From NCBI GenBank assembly GCA_905178155.1, contig CAJINV010000013.1, forward strand, positions 796,344-860,343: 64,000 nucleotides of DNA. The letters run 5' to 3'. The first letter of the stretch is position 1, and each line of letters starts with the position of its first letter. This document shows, piece by piece, positions 1-12,159 of the stretch. This stretch comes from Amoebophrya sp. A120 (Eukaryota; Protista; Dinoflagellata). Below the pieces are notes generated by a model. The model made no database searches, was not told the origin of the DNA, and was given only the letters and a program-made list of their open reading frames with translations. Both the position numbers and the translations under genes were made by a program.

Positions 1-1616
1 CTTTTACTTACGCTAATCCTAATACTGTTAGAATTTGAATTTCAATCTCAATGCCGAGTCACACTCACTTTTTCACCAAATGTCATGCTTGCAATCGGTG
101 CTAGCTAGGCGGAAATGTTGGACCTCGTTGTATGCTGATCTGTCATTCTCATTGTGCTGGCACTTGGACGCGGCGAAGGAGCTCTCCATGACTAGCAAAA
201 CAACTAACAGGCTTAATTCGTTCAACTTCAATCTAGTCTGTGTCTCCATGAAGATTTTTTCTGCTCTCCTACGACAACATCAAGCAAATGCTAATTCTGA
301 AACTTATCGAGATGCTCACACATCATTTTTAGCAAACATGTTTTTCTCTTTTCATAGCTTAGAATACAACGAGTTTTACTATATACCTATTCTTTTCTGT
401 ACAATGCTTTTTTCTCTCGTTTTCCACGTAAAAAGTTCCAAGGTCGAATTCGAACATTTTACTACTACAACTACTCGTCGATGTTTTAGATGCATCGATG
501 ATTGTAGTAAAACGTTGCTAGTACTTGTTGTTAGCAGCGCAAAATGGAACCTACGTCTTCAGTTTTCCATTTCTTTTCTGAACCAAAATTATCAGTTGTG
601 CTGGTGCTGTAAAATTACCTAGGTCTACCTTTTCATGAAACATGTTGGACGCCAGCATCTTCGTGCAACAACCTAGCTTCGTACTGAAACACACTGCTGA
701 TTGTATTTTGAGTTTGTAAACAAGCTATTCAAAAAATTTTATACACGTCAAATTCTACGAGCAGCTGACCAAAGCCCTTCGCCACAACAGAGACAGATTA
801 TCAACATTTGTGTTACAACAACTGGAGTTGTCTACTTTGTCTTTCATTCGGTCCTTCTGCATCAAACGTGATTTGCAACTCAGTGACCGTGTCGTGAAGA
901 TTCCTGTGGTGTGACTATTTTTTCGGTCATGATTGAACGCAAAAACTAAGAATCTCGGTTTATAATTTTGTCAGATGAACAAATCTCTTTTACTCCGTAG
1001 ATTTTGTCAGAACAAATTTTTTGATCCCTCGTCCATCGGTAGTGAAAGCACTCCGAATTCGTGTCATCGGTATCGTTCTCACGTGGTCGTCGTGCAAGAT
1101 GACAAACAGTAGCACTTCTAATAGCCGTATGCCAATCGCAACCGTCAATCCTCGTGCATTAACGTAGCAGATCGTACAAGCGTGGCGCCATCGTGAACGC
1201 GACCTCCCATCATGGCGCTCTTGAGTCAAAGCATAAACTATACTGCCACGCGCAATCTATCAGCTGCAATTTCCCCGTCCTTGTACCGTTTCAATTTTTG
1301 GGCGGTCAAGTACGAGCTCGCGACAGTTCCATCATCTACAAATCAACTTTGAAAGAACAGCAACCTCGCTCGACACCTCTCCGAATATCTTCACTTTTGG
1401 ACGAAGGCGCGACTAGGACTACCGACACACCGAAATACAACCCAACTTGAGCTTCTGTTCAACAGAAAAGTAGCTGCTTAACTAACAACAGAACTGCTTT
1501 TCTAGCGTGCAGCCTCTAGCACTTCTACTTGGGCGCCTCGTTACAACTGATTACTTTACTACGTCTACTCGTGCAGCCTTCTCGTACAACAAGAACCACC
1601 CTACTCCACGCTGGCC

Positions 1617-2960
1617 ATGATGCTGCGGAGCAAGACTATCGTCACTGCGCTGATGGCAGCCGCAGCGAATTTTTCCACCTCCGCCAGTGGCGTGATCTTG
1701 CCGACGGTTTCTGATACGACGGAGGATTCGCAACACGGTACCGCTTGTAAAAAAATAATCAGTCCAGAAGATCGAATATTAGAGAGTGAGCGCCTTGCGT
1801 TCTTCTTTTTGTTGTGCTACTTTTCTTGCATGACGCTGAAGCTGAATGCACACTTATATGTACCTAGCGACGAATCCGCGCGGCAGGGCGCGACTTTTGT
1901 TGTATTTGTTGAGGATATTATTATCATCAAGCTCAGCGCTGTTTCTCTGGCGTCGTCCTTGATATATTCACCAGTCTTCGTTGATATTCATATTTTTCTA
2001 CAGGCACTTCTACCTCGGAGCGGAAGATGGCGCTGGAAGCTGCTTCGCGGCCTGCCGCGTCCTTTATGGACACTGGTGACGATATGGAATGGGAGACGTC
2101 AGAATCGAAATCGACGAAGTTGAAAAAAAAATGACTTTTATTGCATAAAATGCAAACACAAGGTGACTGTCTTGCGGGGATGACAAGCGAGGCCGATTGT
2201 GAGCCTGTTTATTGGAGGGTGTTGAAGAAGATGGAGCTGCTTGCTCTAAACAGCATTACGACTGAAGACTGGATTTATAATATGATGCCGAAAAAATTTG
2301 TCATGCGCCGCTTGAAAATTCGGCTTCCAAGTGGCATTGATTTTGATTTTTTGGCAGCTTATACAGTGCTCACCTTGGCAGCTTATACAGTGCCGAAGAA
2401 GCTTGTCCCAAATACAAATTGTTTTTTTGCATGACCAATATTTCAACTTTCACTTCTTTGTCAAAAAATTCGATCCTGACCCTTCCATAAAGGACGTCGG
2501 CGCACAAATCCTGGCCGACGAGGCTGAAAAAGAGGCAGTGAGTTTTGGAGAGACCCAAGACAACCCAGCCCCGGCCAAGGACAACCGGAATCTGGGCCAA
2601 AAAATCAAGGACTTCGCGACGAATGCGTACGGAAAAGTGAAAGACGAATGGCAAAAGGACAGCAAGAAGGTCGCCGCGGTGACCGGCGCCGGCATTGTCG
2701 GAACGGGGCTCACGGGTTTTCACTTCTATCGGATGTTTAAGCGCATCCGGGCGCGTCGTGCTGCGGCCGCCAAGAAGGCCGCCGCTGCGAAGAAGGCCGC
2801 CGAGGTGGGGGCGCAGCCCGCCACTGACCAGGATGCGCAGGCCGCCGGCGCGAGCTTTCTGCAAAAACACGATGCGGCATCTACGCCGGCGCCGAAGCTG
2901 GTGCTCGCCAAGGAGCGTGTGGCCGTCTCCGATGGCGACGTGCCGGCGACCGCCTTGTAG
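1617..2960 (+). CDS. Putative secreted/membrane protein, 3 exons (1617-1737, 2004-2082, 2495-2960)
   Basis: N-terminal signal-peptide-like segment (MMLRSKTIVTALMAAAANFSTSASG). GT-AG intron 1738-2003. Removing 2083-2494 joins ...MDTGD|DVGAQILADEAEK in frame. Hydrophobic segment VAAVTGAGIVGTGLTGFHFY followed by a basic stretch. Confidence 0.7.
2083..2489. mobile_element. Introner (TIR-bounded non-canonical intron)
   Basis: Ends TATGGAA..GTCAGAATCGAA / TTCGATCCTGAC..TTCCATA. Degenerate 5-bp DR GACGA/AAGGA. A 412-nt removal restores frame; a GA-AG register (2081-2492) is possible. Confidence 0.8.
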
Positions 2961-3592
2961 GTGACAGTAACTGCAAGGTGGTGTGTGCTTCTACTTTCAA
3001 ACTACAACATAGCAAGCGGCTAAAAATAATATGTAAATTTAAACTTTCTTCTCTCTGTCTCTGTCGTGTCGTCGGCGGTAATGAAGAGGAGGACCACGAC
3101 CAAAAGCATTACCCGAGGATGCGAGAAGTAGTTATCAAAATTAAAATGATTTCAATCTTATTATAAATGCCGCGAAGCGATGAAGGCGAACATAAAACAA
3201 CATGCGAAGGAGGCGCAGCAGCAAGTAAATTCATCTATTTTTAAGAGTGAGCTCTATGCTAACGCCGCCAACGCATTAAATAATGTAAAACGAATTTTTC
3301 ACACAGCATCCATCGCGAAGAGGAGTGCCTAGAACTTTTTCAAAAGAAGATCGCGCCATCTGTTTTGGCGTTCTCGATAAGATCAAGGAAAACAAGAGCC
3401 AAGTTATCTTTCATCCGTGCAAGGAAGAATCAGACCACATGATTACCAGGAAGCTGCATGGCGCTACGTCCATAGAGCAGCCACGACCGTGGGAAACGAG
3501 GTGGGTGACAAGCAAATAGGATCGTCGCGCGACTACACAGCGACCACAGCGCGAAAACCTCTCGCCCTAACTTGTACGCTGACTGAGCCGCA

Positions 3593-3918
3593 TATGGTGG
3601 AAGTGTCAGAATCGAAATTCACAAATTGGAAAAATTTGTGATGCATAAAATCGATAAGACGAGTTGGAGCCTCAGAAGTTTGTAAGTGGCACATGACAAA
3701 TTTCGGGAGCACCCAAATCCAGTCTGTCATGCTGTTTGCGCAAAGAAGACCGCTCCTGTCGTGCTACTCTGGCGGCACATTACATACTTACTCCTACCTA
3801 AACAGGCTTACAATTATCGGTCTCATTTGCCTGCTCCCCAATACAGGCCCTCAGTGCCCTACATTTTATGCATCGCAAATCTTTCGACTTTGTCGATTTC
3901 GATCCTGACACATCCATA
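3593..3918. mobile_element. Introner-family element, same family as 2083-2489; host gene unclear
   Basis: TATGG..TGTCAGAATCGAAAT / ATTTCGATCCTGACA..CCATA with perfect DR CCGCA (3588-3592, 3919-3923). Confidence 0.85.
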
Positions 3919-4267
3919 CCGCAGGCCTTCGGAGGACTGCCTCAGTTTGTCTTTGTCAGTTGTGTCTATTGTTGACTCCTGGAGCTGCGGCTGCGGGAGA
4001 TGAACTACACGCATGCTCGTACTGCTGGCGGGCTCGTCCACTAGATGACAAACGCAACAGCTCTAGTGTACTTCTCATGCCACTTAAGACTTAATATCTC
4101 GGAGATGAAGCTGCGTGTATTACTATAATCAAAGAGCACTACATCTACATCAATCATCACAATTTTGTATACTGGCCAGCTGTGATGTGCCGTCGCTTTG
4201 ATAGATCTTGCGGCGCCGCACAACGGGGGCGGCCAAGTTCAGCTTTACGAATCGCGTCTCACCTAGG

Positions 4268-4368
4268 TACTTCACAGAGCGGATCGGGAACTACAATCTC
4301 ACCCGACGAGCAAAATGATTACTTCACAGAGCGGATCGGGAACTACAATCTCACCCGAGCAAAATGAT
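4268..4368. repeat. Tandem duplication, ~52-bp unit x2
   Basis: TACTTCACAGAGCGGATCGGGAACTACAATCTCACCCG(ACG)AGCAAAATGAT repeated twice. Confidence 0.9.
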
Positions 4369-5298
4369 AAGATCCCGGCGAAGGTAGACGTATCTTCGTA
4401 CTGTGTCGCTAACATTAATTTGAAGAAAAACATCACCTGAATGGAGAAGCTGATCGAATTTCTAATGAAAGGGCCTCCCGGTATTGTTCCTATCCCCAGA
4501 AGCCTATCGCATTTTTCATATGTCGGTAGCCAGTGCACAAGGACTAATCTCCTCGGTTTATTATTTTATCAAGAAAAAGAAAAACTAAAACAAAAAGATA
4601 CAGAATCAGGTAGTCAGTCTTCATGATCTTCTTGACTGATTCAATTATCCTTTTCTCTGCCCCTCCCGCACTCTCGGTTTGTTTCGGTCTCGTATTTTTT
4701 TTCCGAACTTCGGGCACGAACTCCGGTCATAGTCAAACAGATGTCGGCGTCGGTAGAAGGGCCAGGGACTTGCATTTGTCACCTTTCGGTGCTAGAACTA
4801 GCTTTCGTAGGCTGCAATCTTGTTCGAATAAAGGAGCATTTGCATTGCCCCTTCTTCATCATGATCACAATTATACGTATTTTACTTAACAAACTTGTTG
4901 TACATCATCATCAGGATGGACCTAATTTATTCCTTTTCACCCTTGTTTCTTCTATCCACCCTGATCATCCTGCTATCTATTTTTTGTGAGGATGTTAGTC
5001 TTCTGTATGGGTTTAGATCAAAACAGTGGATTGGATAGCTTACAAAACAGTAGCTTAGTAGAGGTTTCCTCCTCCTCTTCCTGTAGCTGTATGGATTTAG
5101 ATCAAGAAGATGATCGTGGTCATTTTCATCGGCAATCAATATCAAACATGAGACTAATAGCTCAAAGCTAGCAGGAGCGCTCCTCCCTGTGATGGTTTGG
5201 TTGAAGCTCGAGCATCTGACTCGATAAAGAAGAATCAGTCAAACTACACCTCCACACGCACGACCGATCGGGGCCTACTTCGTTCTCCCGCATCAAAA

Positions 5299-7226
5299 AT
5301 GGGAAACTCCGCCACCGCGGGAGTTTTTGTTGAGCTGGAGGAGTATTCGGTCCATCCGGGGAGTGTCTTGCGCGGCCGCGTCCACGTGAATGTGGACAAC
5401 CGCATGACCCAGCTGAAGTCCCTCAGTCTGAAACTCACCGGCTACGAGCAAACCAACTGGCGCACCGTGGAAAAGAAATTTCAGAAAAAAATGGTCAACG
5501 GTAGAGTGGTCCCGCCAAGAAGGGTAAACGGAGCCGACGTATGCATTGCAAATAATGATAAAGCATGTAGTTCTAGTTGGGTTCTCCTGCTCTGGATGAA
5601 AGATGCAATCTCTTATATCAATCTGTCTGACGTGATGTTGGCCTTGACGAGCAGCAAAAGTTGCTCGTCTTTGTTCTTCTTGCCAGCTCTTCGAGACCAC
5701 GAGTGTTGATGAGTTCCTTATGCTCATGCAGAATATGCAGATACACTGAAGAGTTTGAAGATCCTTTCGTAAAACCTGAACCTAAACCTATGCAGTGTTG
5801 CTAGCAAGTTTAAGATGATGTGTATGCCGTGTACAATATCAGATGACTTTTATGTGCTGACACAAAAACTGACACCTGATCCTGACGAGGAACTGGAACA
5901 GCTGCTGCTGCATTTTTGTGCCAGAGGACCCAGATGAAGAAGACATACATATTTGCAGTGCATACCCCGTTTACGACTACGAGGAGGTGGAGGAAATCAA
6001 GCTTCACTTCGGGCGCCACGATTTTTTCAAGATGACGCGGCCCATTTCAGGCGGGGCCCTGCTGGGGTACGGTCAGTACTCGTTCCCCTTCGAGATTTAC
6101 CTGCCCGACAACCTGCCGGGGTCCTGCAGCGTGGGGCGCAACCCGAAGCTCGACCTTCCGAAATACAACGAGAGGTACTTCTTTGGGCAGTGCCGGTACA
6201 AAATAAAAGCCTTCCTGGAATACGTAAAAAACCCGGAGGACCGAGGGATTTTCTCTGCCAAGGAAAAACTCGTGAAGTGCTCGCAGGAGTTCCAGATCGT
6301 GAACCGGTGTCCCCCCGCGCGGGCGTGCATGAAGAACATGTCCACGGAGATCAAGGTGTGTGGCTGTTGCTGTAGCAAAGGGGTCTGCCACGTGGGTGTG
6401 CAGATGGGCCAGGACGCTTTCCGGATCGGCGACCAGGTCGGGGTTTTAGCCATGTTCGACAACAGAAAAACGACCGCAGACCTGGAACAACTCCAACTAA
6501 CTCTGAAGCGGGTGGTGCGCCTGCGCTCGTCGAACACAAACCAGTTGTACGAAGACAAACGAGTCATTTGCCAGGTATTTTAATTTTTGCTGACTGATAG
6601 AGGTACGTCGCTCTTGTTCAATAAAGTAGAAATCTTTTTGGTGGATCACGTTGGTTGCTACTTCACGACCACCTTGAGGGTGGCGCCAGCATGATACCAT
6701 CGGTCCAAATTTTGGACCGATGGAGTGGCGAGCAGCTGCAAAATATAGCAAGGTTCGAACGAACAAGATAATTTGGTTTAGTATTAGTCATACAAGTTCT
6801 TGAAAAGTATGTTTAATATTGCTACCCCCACCCCCTGTGATGTGTGGAGATCATCGTCGATCTCCGTGTAGTTGATGTTTTCGTTTCGCTTTTTCTTTCT
6901 ATCGTGCCAGAACAATAAATATCATGACGTCGGTGTTTTTCCAGGTCGTCAAGCCGGGGTGCCGTGCCGGGGTGGCCAAGAAGGAAACGTTCTTCATGCA
7001 GCTGCCCGGAACGGGGACGGGAAAGCCCAGTTACGACTACAACCAGCCTCGTACGGACCTCACCGTGCCTAACAATAACGAAGATAAGCATGACTCTATT
7101 TTTATAAGTAATCATAATGAGTATTTTTTCATGAGCATCAACATTCAGTGCATTCGTTTTTATTTCTTCGAGTTTTCTACGAGTTCTTGGAGTTTGTTTA
7201 TTTCTATTAATCGCTTGATCGCTTAG
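5299..7226 (+). CDS. Arrestin-fold (alpha-arrestin/ARRDC-like) protein; exons ~5299-5539, 5970-6574, 6945-? (3' end uncertain)
   Basis: PGSVLRGRVHV, LSLKLTGYEQTNW, GQYSFPFEIYLPDNLPGS, CRYKIKAFL and GDQVGVLAMFDNRK are typical arrestin N/C-domain motifs. MG start suggests myristoylation; CGCCC cluster. Canonical GT-AG intron 6575-6944. Confidence 0.8.
5540..5964. mobile_element. Introner in arrestin gene
   Basis: TIR TATGCATTGCAAATA / TATTTGCAGTGCATA (1 mismatch). Degenerate DR CGACG/CCCCG. Removal gives VNGAD|(P)VYDYEEVEE in frame. Confidence 0.9.
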
Positions 7227-8442
7227 TACTTTGTTTCTGGTGATTTCGACGAGCCTGAAAAACAAAAAGATCCTGATAGGACGCTGCAACGAAAGGGCAA
7301 AGAATCAGATGCGACCCACGACTAGTTATGTGTATTTTATTTGAGTTTGTTTTATCATGAAAAAAATCGCGATAGATGAAAAAATTGCGATGGATGTCAG
7401 CGGAGACGGAAATCTGCAGGCTGCCACGGAACGACACCGGGGCCCGTTGTGCAGCGTGTTTGGTATTGTCCGCTGAGAGTGATTTTGTATCAGGACTGCA
7501 ACATTGTAGTTTAGTAGACAGCGTCGATCGGTTTCCTCTGCAGTGACTGTTTCGCGCGACGCTCGACTGCCTCCTAGTTCGTGTAGCAAATATTTTGCCA
7601 AAAGGCCACCTAGTTGCATCTGACACCGAGTGTCCCCTTTGTTTCGGTTCGAAAAAAAAACTGAAATTTTTTCCTCGTCTCGGTCTTGAGCTTGAACGTG
7701 TCCTCGCGAATGTGAGTCATCGGTCGCTCTTCGCGCAAAGCTTTTGGATTTTCGGTTTATCTCGTTGCCTCTCTTTCGCGACTGGTTGATGTTTTTTTAT
7801 ATTGCTTCTCGCAACATCAACATCCAACATGTCAATAAAGCTCGGTGTCGATAAAAACAAAATCGCACACCCTGTCGGAAACGCAGCTGTTTGTCTCAAA
7901 AAATTACGAAGCGATAAGATCGCAAAGCAAAATGGTTAGGGGGTTTTTCCTTAGGTGCGGATCATGCGCAGCGGATTTTCCGCAAATTGTAGTCTAGTTA
8001 TGTGTGCGAAAGATTCTTCGTCGTTCCTGTATGACTGGCTACAATTTCACAATCAGGACCGCCTCATTCGTATGTATCAACCTTTCATATGTTCAAAAGC
8101 ATTTTTCATTTTCCAATTATGACTATGTTTATCATTCTTGTCCTTGCCTGAGTAAGTCTAAACACTAAGAAGAAGTATGTTGCCGTGGTCGTGACTAGTT
8201 GTATAACTAGAACCTGATTGGCCATCGGAAATTGATGGGAATGGCTCTGCCTATCCCTATGCTTATTTAGCCCCTGCAACTGCATGTAGTAACTATCCAA
8301 AACACGATGTGCTAGCTAGTAAGAATAGTGGGGATTCTTGCGGGGGCTCGTTCTGACGTCCCCGGCCACCGAGATCCGATTTTAGCATCGCGAGCAGCTG
8401 CAGGGAGTTATAAAATTCGCATTTTTTTACGAAAAGGAAAAC

Positions 8443-11400
8443 ATGGACGGCAACTACCACGAACACAATGATCCTTCTTCTCCTTCCCGACGGACTGCAG
8501 CTGGCGATGACCACAGTAGTTCCCGCAACACGACCAACACGGCGACGGCGTCTTCCACGAGCACGAACACGCGGCAGGTCCGGACGGCCCAACTCGGCTA
8601 CCGAATCTTCCACAACCGGCCCTCGCAGCGCCTAGACCGGCTGCAGGAGCGGGAGCAACGGGTAGAGCAGGAGTACGGCATTGCAGCGGATAGAACAAGT
8701 GGCCGGCGCAAAAATTATGGAGATGATGTTGACAGTGATGTTGAACAAAACGCAAACGACGAGGCGAATAATAACGGAAATTTCTATCAGAATGTTGGTG
8801 ACAACAAGAAGCATTTTTCGTCGAGTAGTAGAACCGATAACAGCAGAAGCAGAACAGTTTCCAACGCCCTTCCGTCTTCTCCGGGAATGGAGTATGAGGA
8901 GGATTTCTCGGCCCTGGAAGCCCGGATGCTGCAGGAGCTGGATGAGCACCTGGAGGAGGACGACAGTGAAACATCGGCTTTCCTCGGTTACCGAAAGGTC
9001 GTGGACAAGCAGAAAGCACTCGATGGCTATATGGCGAACGCAGAGACTTTTTTTCAAGAAACTTTTTTTTTTTCGCCCATGTCCTCGGCCTGTGCATGAT
9101 AGGCCTTTCAACTTTTTGTAACGGGTCTACGAAGGGAGTAGCAAGGCCTGCCACGGCTCATACGAAGCCAATCGCGTAAGCACTTGCGAAGACGCTTCAG
9201 CAGCAGCAGGTGCTGTGGGCTTTCGGTGTGCCGCTAGTCCTGGGCCCGTGCCCCTTTCACTCCCGCACACCAGCGCCCGTCTGAATCGGGCTTGATGCTA
9301 CCGGGGCACGCGCCTTCTTGCGCAGCACACGCTGTGCGGAGGCCAGCTTCTGTGTTTCACCGAAGGGGCTGACAAGTGCGCCGCCTGAGGTCGCCATCCC
9401 CCTTCGATCATATTCTAACGACCCCTGGGGAGGGCAAAAGACGGCCCAGATAGTGTTCTCGAGCCCGGGAAGGCTTCTACACAGTTTCCGGAAGCAACGT
9501 CGCGGAAAAGGGCGCTGCCGGCCCTTGGCCAATCTGCCAGAAACCAGCGCGACGCCGGGGACCGTGCGCATAGACGCACCAACCTGTATGAACCGCGCCT
9601 CCCGCGCAAATTTGCCTCATAGCTCGAAGGTGTCCGACCTCCTCTTGAGGAGACACGCCGAAAACAACAAGAGGGAGGCCCCTCGGAGGGGGGTTGGGGG
9701 GGTGGGTTGCGCGACCCCCGCCCCTGCCTCCATCATACCATGCGGGCTAGCAAAAAAAGGGATCCCGAAGGGGGGGGGTTACCCCCCCCCCCTCCGGGGC
9801 CCCTCGAGCCGGCATTTTTGCGCTGCCCAAAAAGATTTCCCGTTGTCTCCGATGCCACCAGGCCGGGCAAAAGACCTTGGGGCTTAGGGCAATGTGGGGA
9901 AGCCCGGCGGAAGAAAGCCCACTGCACGCGGGGCTCTGCGAGGTTTTTCTCGCTCTGACCTAGAGTGCCTCCACGCCGCTAAACCTCGGCGGGGCCCCGC
10001 AGCCCAGCAGCAGAGAAGATTCAAAGCAACTCCCTTCCTTTCCTCTGTTTCGGGTGTCGTGATGAGGTGACGCGCCCAAGCCATGGCAGCCCCTCGGCAC
10101 CTCTCACACTGCTACCGCGTAGTTTTGGTAGCACGAGGGGTCGGCGACTGTTCCTGCTCTCACAGTAGCCATCACCCCCTGCGGCAGGACCCGCGCCGCA
10201 CGCACAGAGCCTGAAAGGCCGCTTTCCAAGTGGTCGCCGAATGCCTGAGCGGCTCAGGCTGTTCGTCCTGGGTTCTCTTTCTAAGCCGGAGTCAAGGCAT
10301 GGCTGCACTAGCGGTTAAGTCCTCCTATCAAGAGTGCGCCGGCGGCAGACGAACAAAAATCGACGGCACCGCCCGCACTTGATATTCGGATGCACAGCTA
10401 TGGGCAAAAAAAAAAAAGTTTTTTGAAAAAAAGTTTCTGCGTCCGCCATAGGCTACCGAAAGGTCGTGGACAAGCAGAAAGCACTCGATGGCTACGGATT
10501 CGGACACGACCGGAGCAGTAGAGGCCGCACTGCAGGAGCCCCTGCTTCGAGTAGAAATTACAACGCAGCTGTCGCTGAGCAACAAAATTCTGTTCTTTCC
10601 CGAAAGCCGCGACTTGATGTGCAACCCTCTCGAGGTCCGGATCGCGACGCCGAAGAGCCACCAAACGCGACGTTTACTTACGTCACCGCTGCGTCATCCT
10701 CGCCGCTGCGACAGCCTGCATCGAATTCGAAGCCTTCTGGAAGTAGAACAACAACTCCCGGTGGATCTACTACTTCGAGGGCGAACAATGCAATAAAGTC
10801 GCCGCGAAGTCGTGCAAGCTCGACGGCGGCGGGACGAAAAAAACGCGAGAGTAAACTACCGGTCGCCAGTCCGCCGGGAGGGACAAGGCGGCGCACGACT
10901 ATCAACCAAAAACTCAAAAATGCGCTCGACGTTCCCGGAGTTGGTTCGCCAAAGAACATTAACGATAAGCTGCGTCCTTCTCGTGTGAAAAGGTGCACAT
11001 GCTTTGGGCGAAAATTTGGCTACAGCCGGACCGTGTGTATTCTGCTGATTGCGGTGTGCGTAGCTTTGCTCCTTGCCCTGAGCCTGGGGAGCTGGGTGGT
11101 CTACGATTATGTTGCGCGAAGTGGTGGAAACAACGACGTGCCTCCTGACGTGGACGATCGTGATTGCGCGGAAAAAGCCCGGGACCAGTGGTGCGTGGAT
11201 TTGAAAAACATGACGTACAAAAACATACCTTCCACGGACTTTTTCGCACAAAAGCTCGGCGACAAAACGTTCGACGTCGCGATGAACGAAGTTGACGCAA
11301 AAAATGGGAAAACCCTTCCGAATCAAGCTGGGTGGTCGTGCCGAAAACTTGTCCGCTCGAAGTCCTTTCTCCCTGGTGGGGAAAGGAGAATTCTCCGCAA

Positions 11401-12159
11401 CGGGCCGCGCCGACCCGCGGATTTAGAGGATTGGCCGAGGATAAAGATCGCGAGAAATGCCCCGCTGCAGGAACACATGAATCGGGTGGTACACGAGAAA
11501 TGCAAGAAAAACGACACGGCGTCCTCTACTTCCGCGATTGGAAGTAGTGGCACTACTCCTACATCTGGAGGAGCTCGTCGTCCTGCTTCGCTCGAACAGC
11601 TCAAGGGAGAGGCTCTCGGCGAGGAGTGTATGACAGTGCACAACTCCCCCTCCCGCTCATTTGTCATGCGAAATCCCAAATCCAGTCGCTTCCACTGTGT
11701 GGCACCGTTTGCATGACAAATCTCGAAAGCTCAAACAGTACTACAGTAGGCACATATTAAATTTGTCATGTACAGGCTCCAGGGTCGCTGGCGTTTGTAT
11801 TGCTGTTCATGCAAAAATACAAATGAGGGGAAGACTGGGAGTAGTGCACCGTCATAGAGTGCTGCCGAGGAACACAGGACCGATATTGCAAAACTACCGT
11901 CGCGGATGCCGGGAAGGAGAGCGGCAACGAAATATGCCAGGACCTCCTGGTTATGCGAGGTACACCCGGCGTAACTAAGGACTTCTTTTGCCAGAAAATC
12001 GACGGGCCGCCGATAAACGACCCGCAGATGCCGTCCTGCTTCCTGACAGATGCACAGAATCGCGAGGTGAATGCAACAGTAGAACATAATTGCTTCAGCC
12101 CAGGCACTGGGCCATTGCCCAAAACTACAGGGTTGAACTTCTGTCTTGCCTCACCCTGA
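8443..12159 (+). CDS. Single-pass membrane protein with Cys-rich C-terminal ectodomain, paralog A; exons 8443-9029, 10456-11628, 11862-12159
   Basis: Two TIR introns are removed in frame. The spliced product aligns with the intronless neighbour 13568-15346 (GYRKVVD/GYREVVD, KRCTCFG/KRCVCMG, TM helix, RDQWC, ECCRGTQ/TCCRETQ, FFCQ/WFCQ). Confidence 0.85.
9030..10450. mobile_element. Long (1421 bp) GC-rich introner with ~50-bp TIR
   Basis: TATGGCGAACGCAGAGACTTTTTTTCAAGAAAC... / ...GTTTTTTGAAAAAAAGTTTCTGCGTCCGCCATA. DR GGCTA. A GC-AG register (9026-10451) is possible. Confidence 0.9.
11629..11856. mobile_element. Introner
   Basis: TIR TATGACAGTGCACAACTCCC / GGGAGTAGTGCACCGTCATA. Perfect DR GAGTG. 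Removal restores GEEC|CRGTQ, which is supported by the paralog. Confidence 0.93.

Noticed and set aside
35-622. 195-aa ORF
   Set aside because: TTG start, F/S/L-rich composition typical of AT-rich non-coding DNA, no domain.
994-1010. TCCGTAGATTTTGTCAG resembling a dinoflagellate spliced-leader relic
   Set aside because: Needs several gaps to match DCCGTAGCCATTTTGGCTCAAG and is not adjacent to a start codon.
4268-4368. Direct repeats as a possible CRISPR array (also 2351-2393, 26283-26319, 54128-54213)
   Set aside because: Only two adjacent units, no spacers, no cas genes, eukaryotic context.
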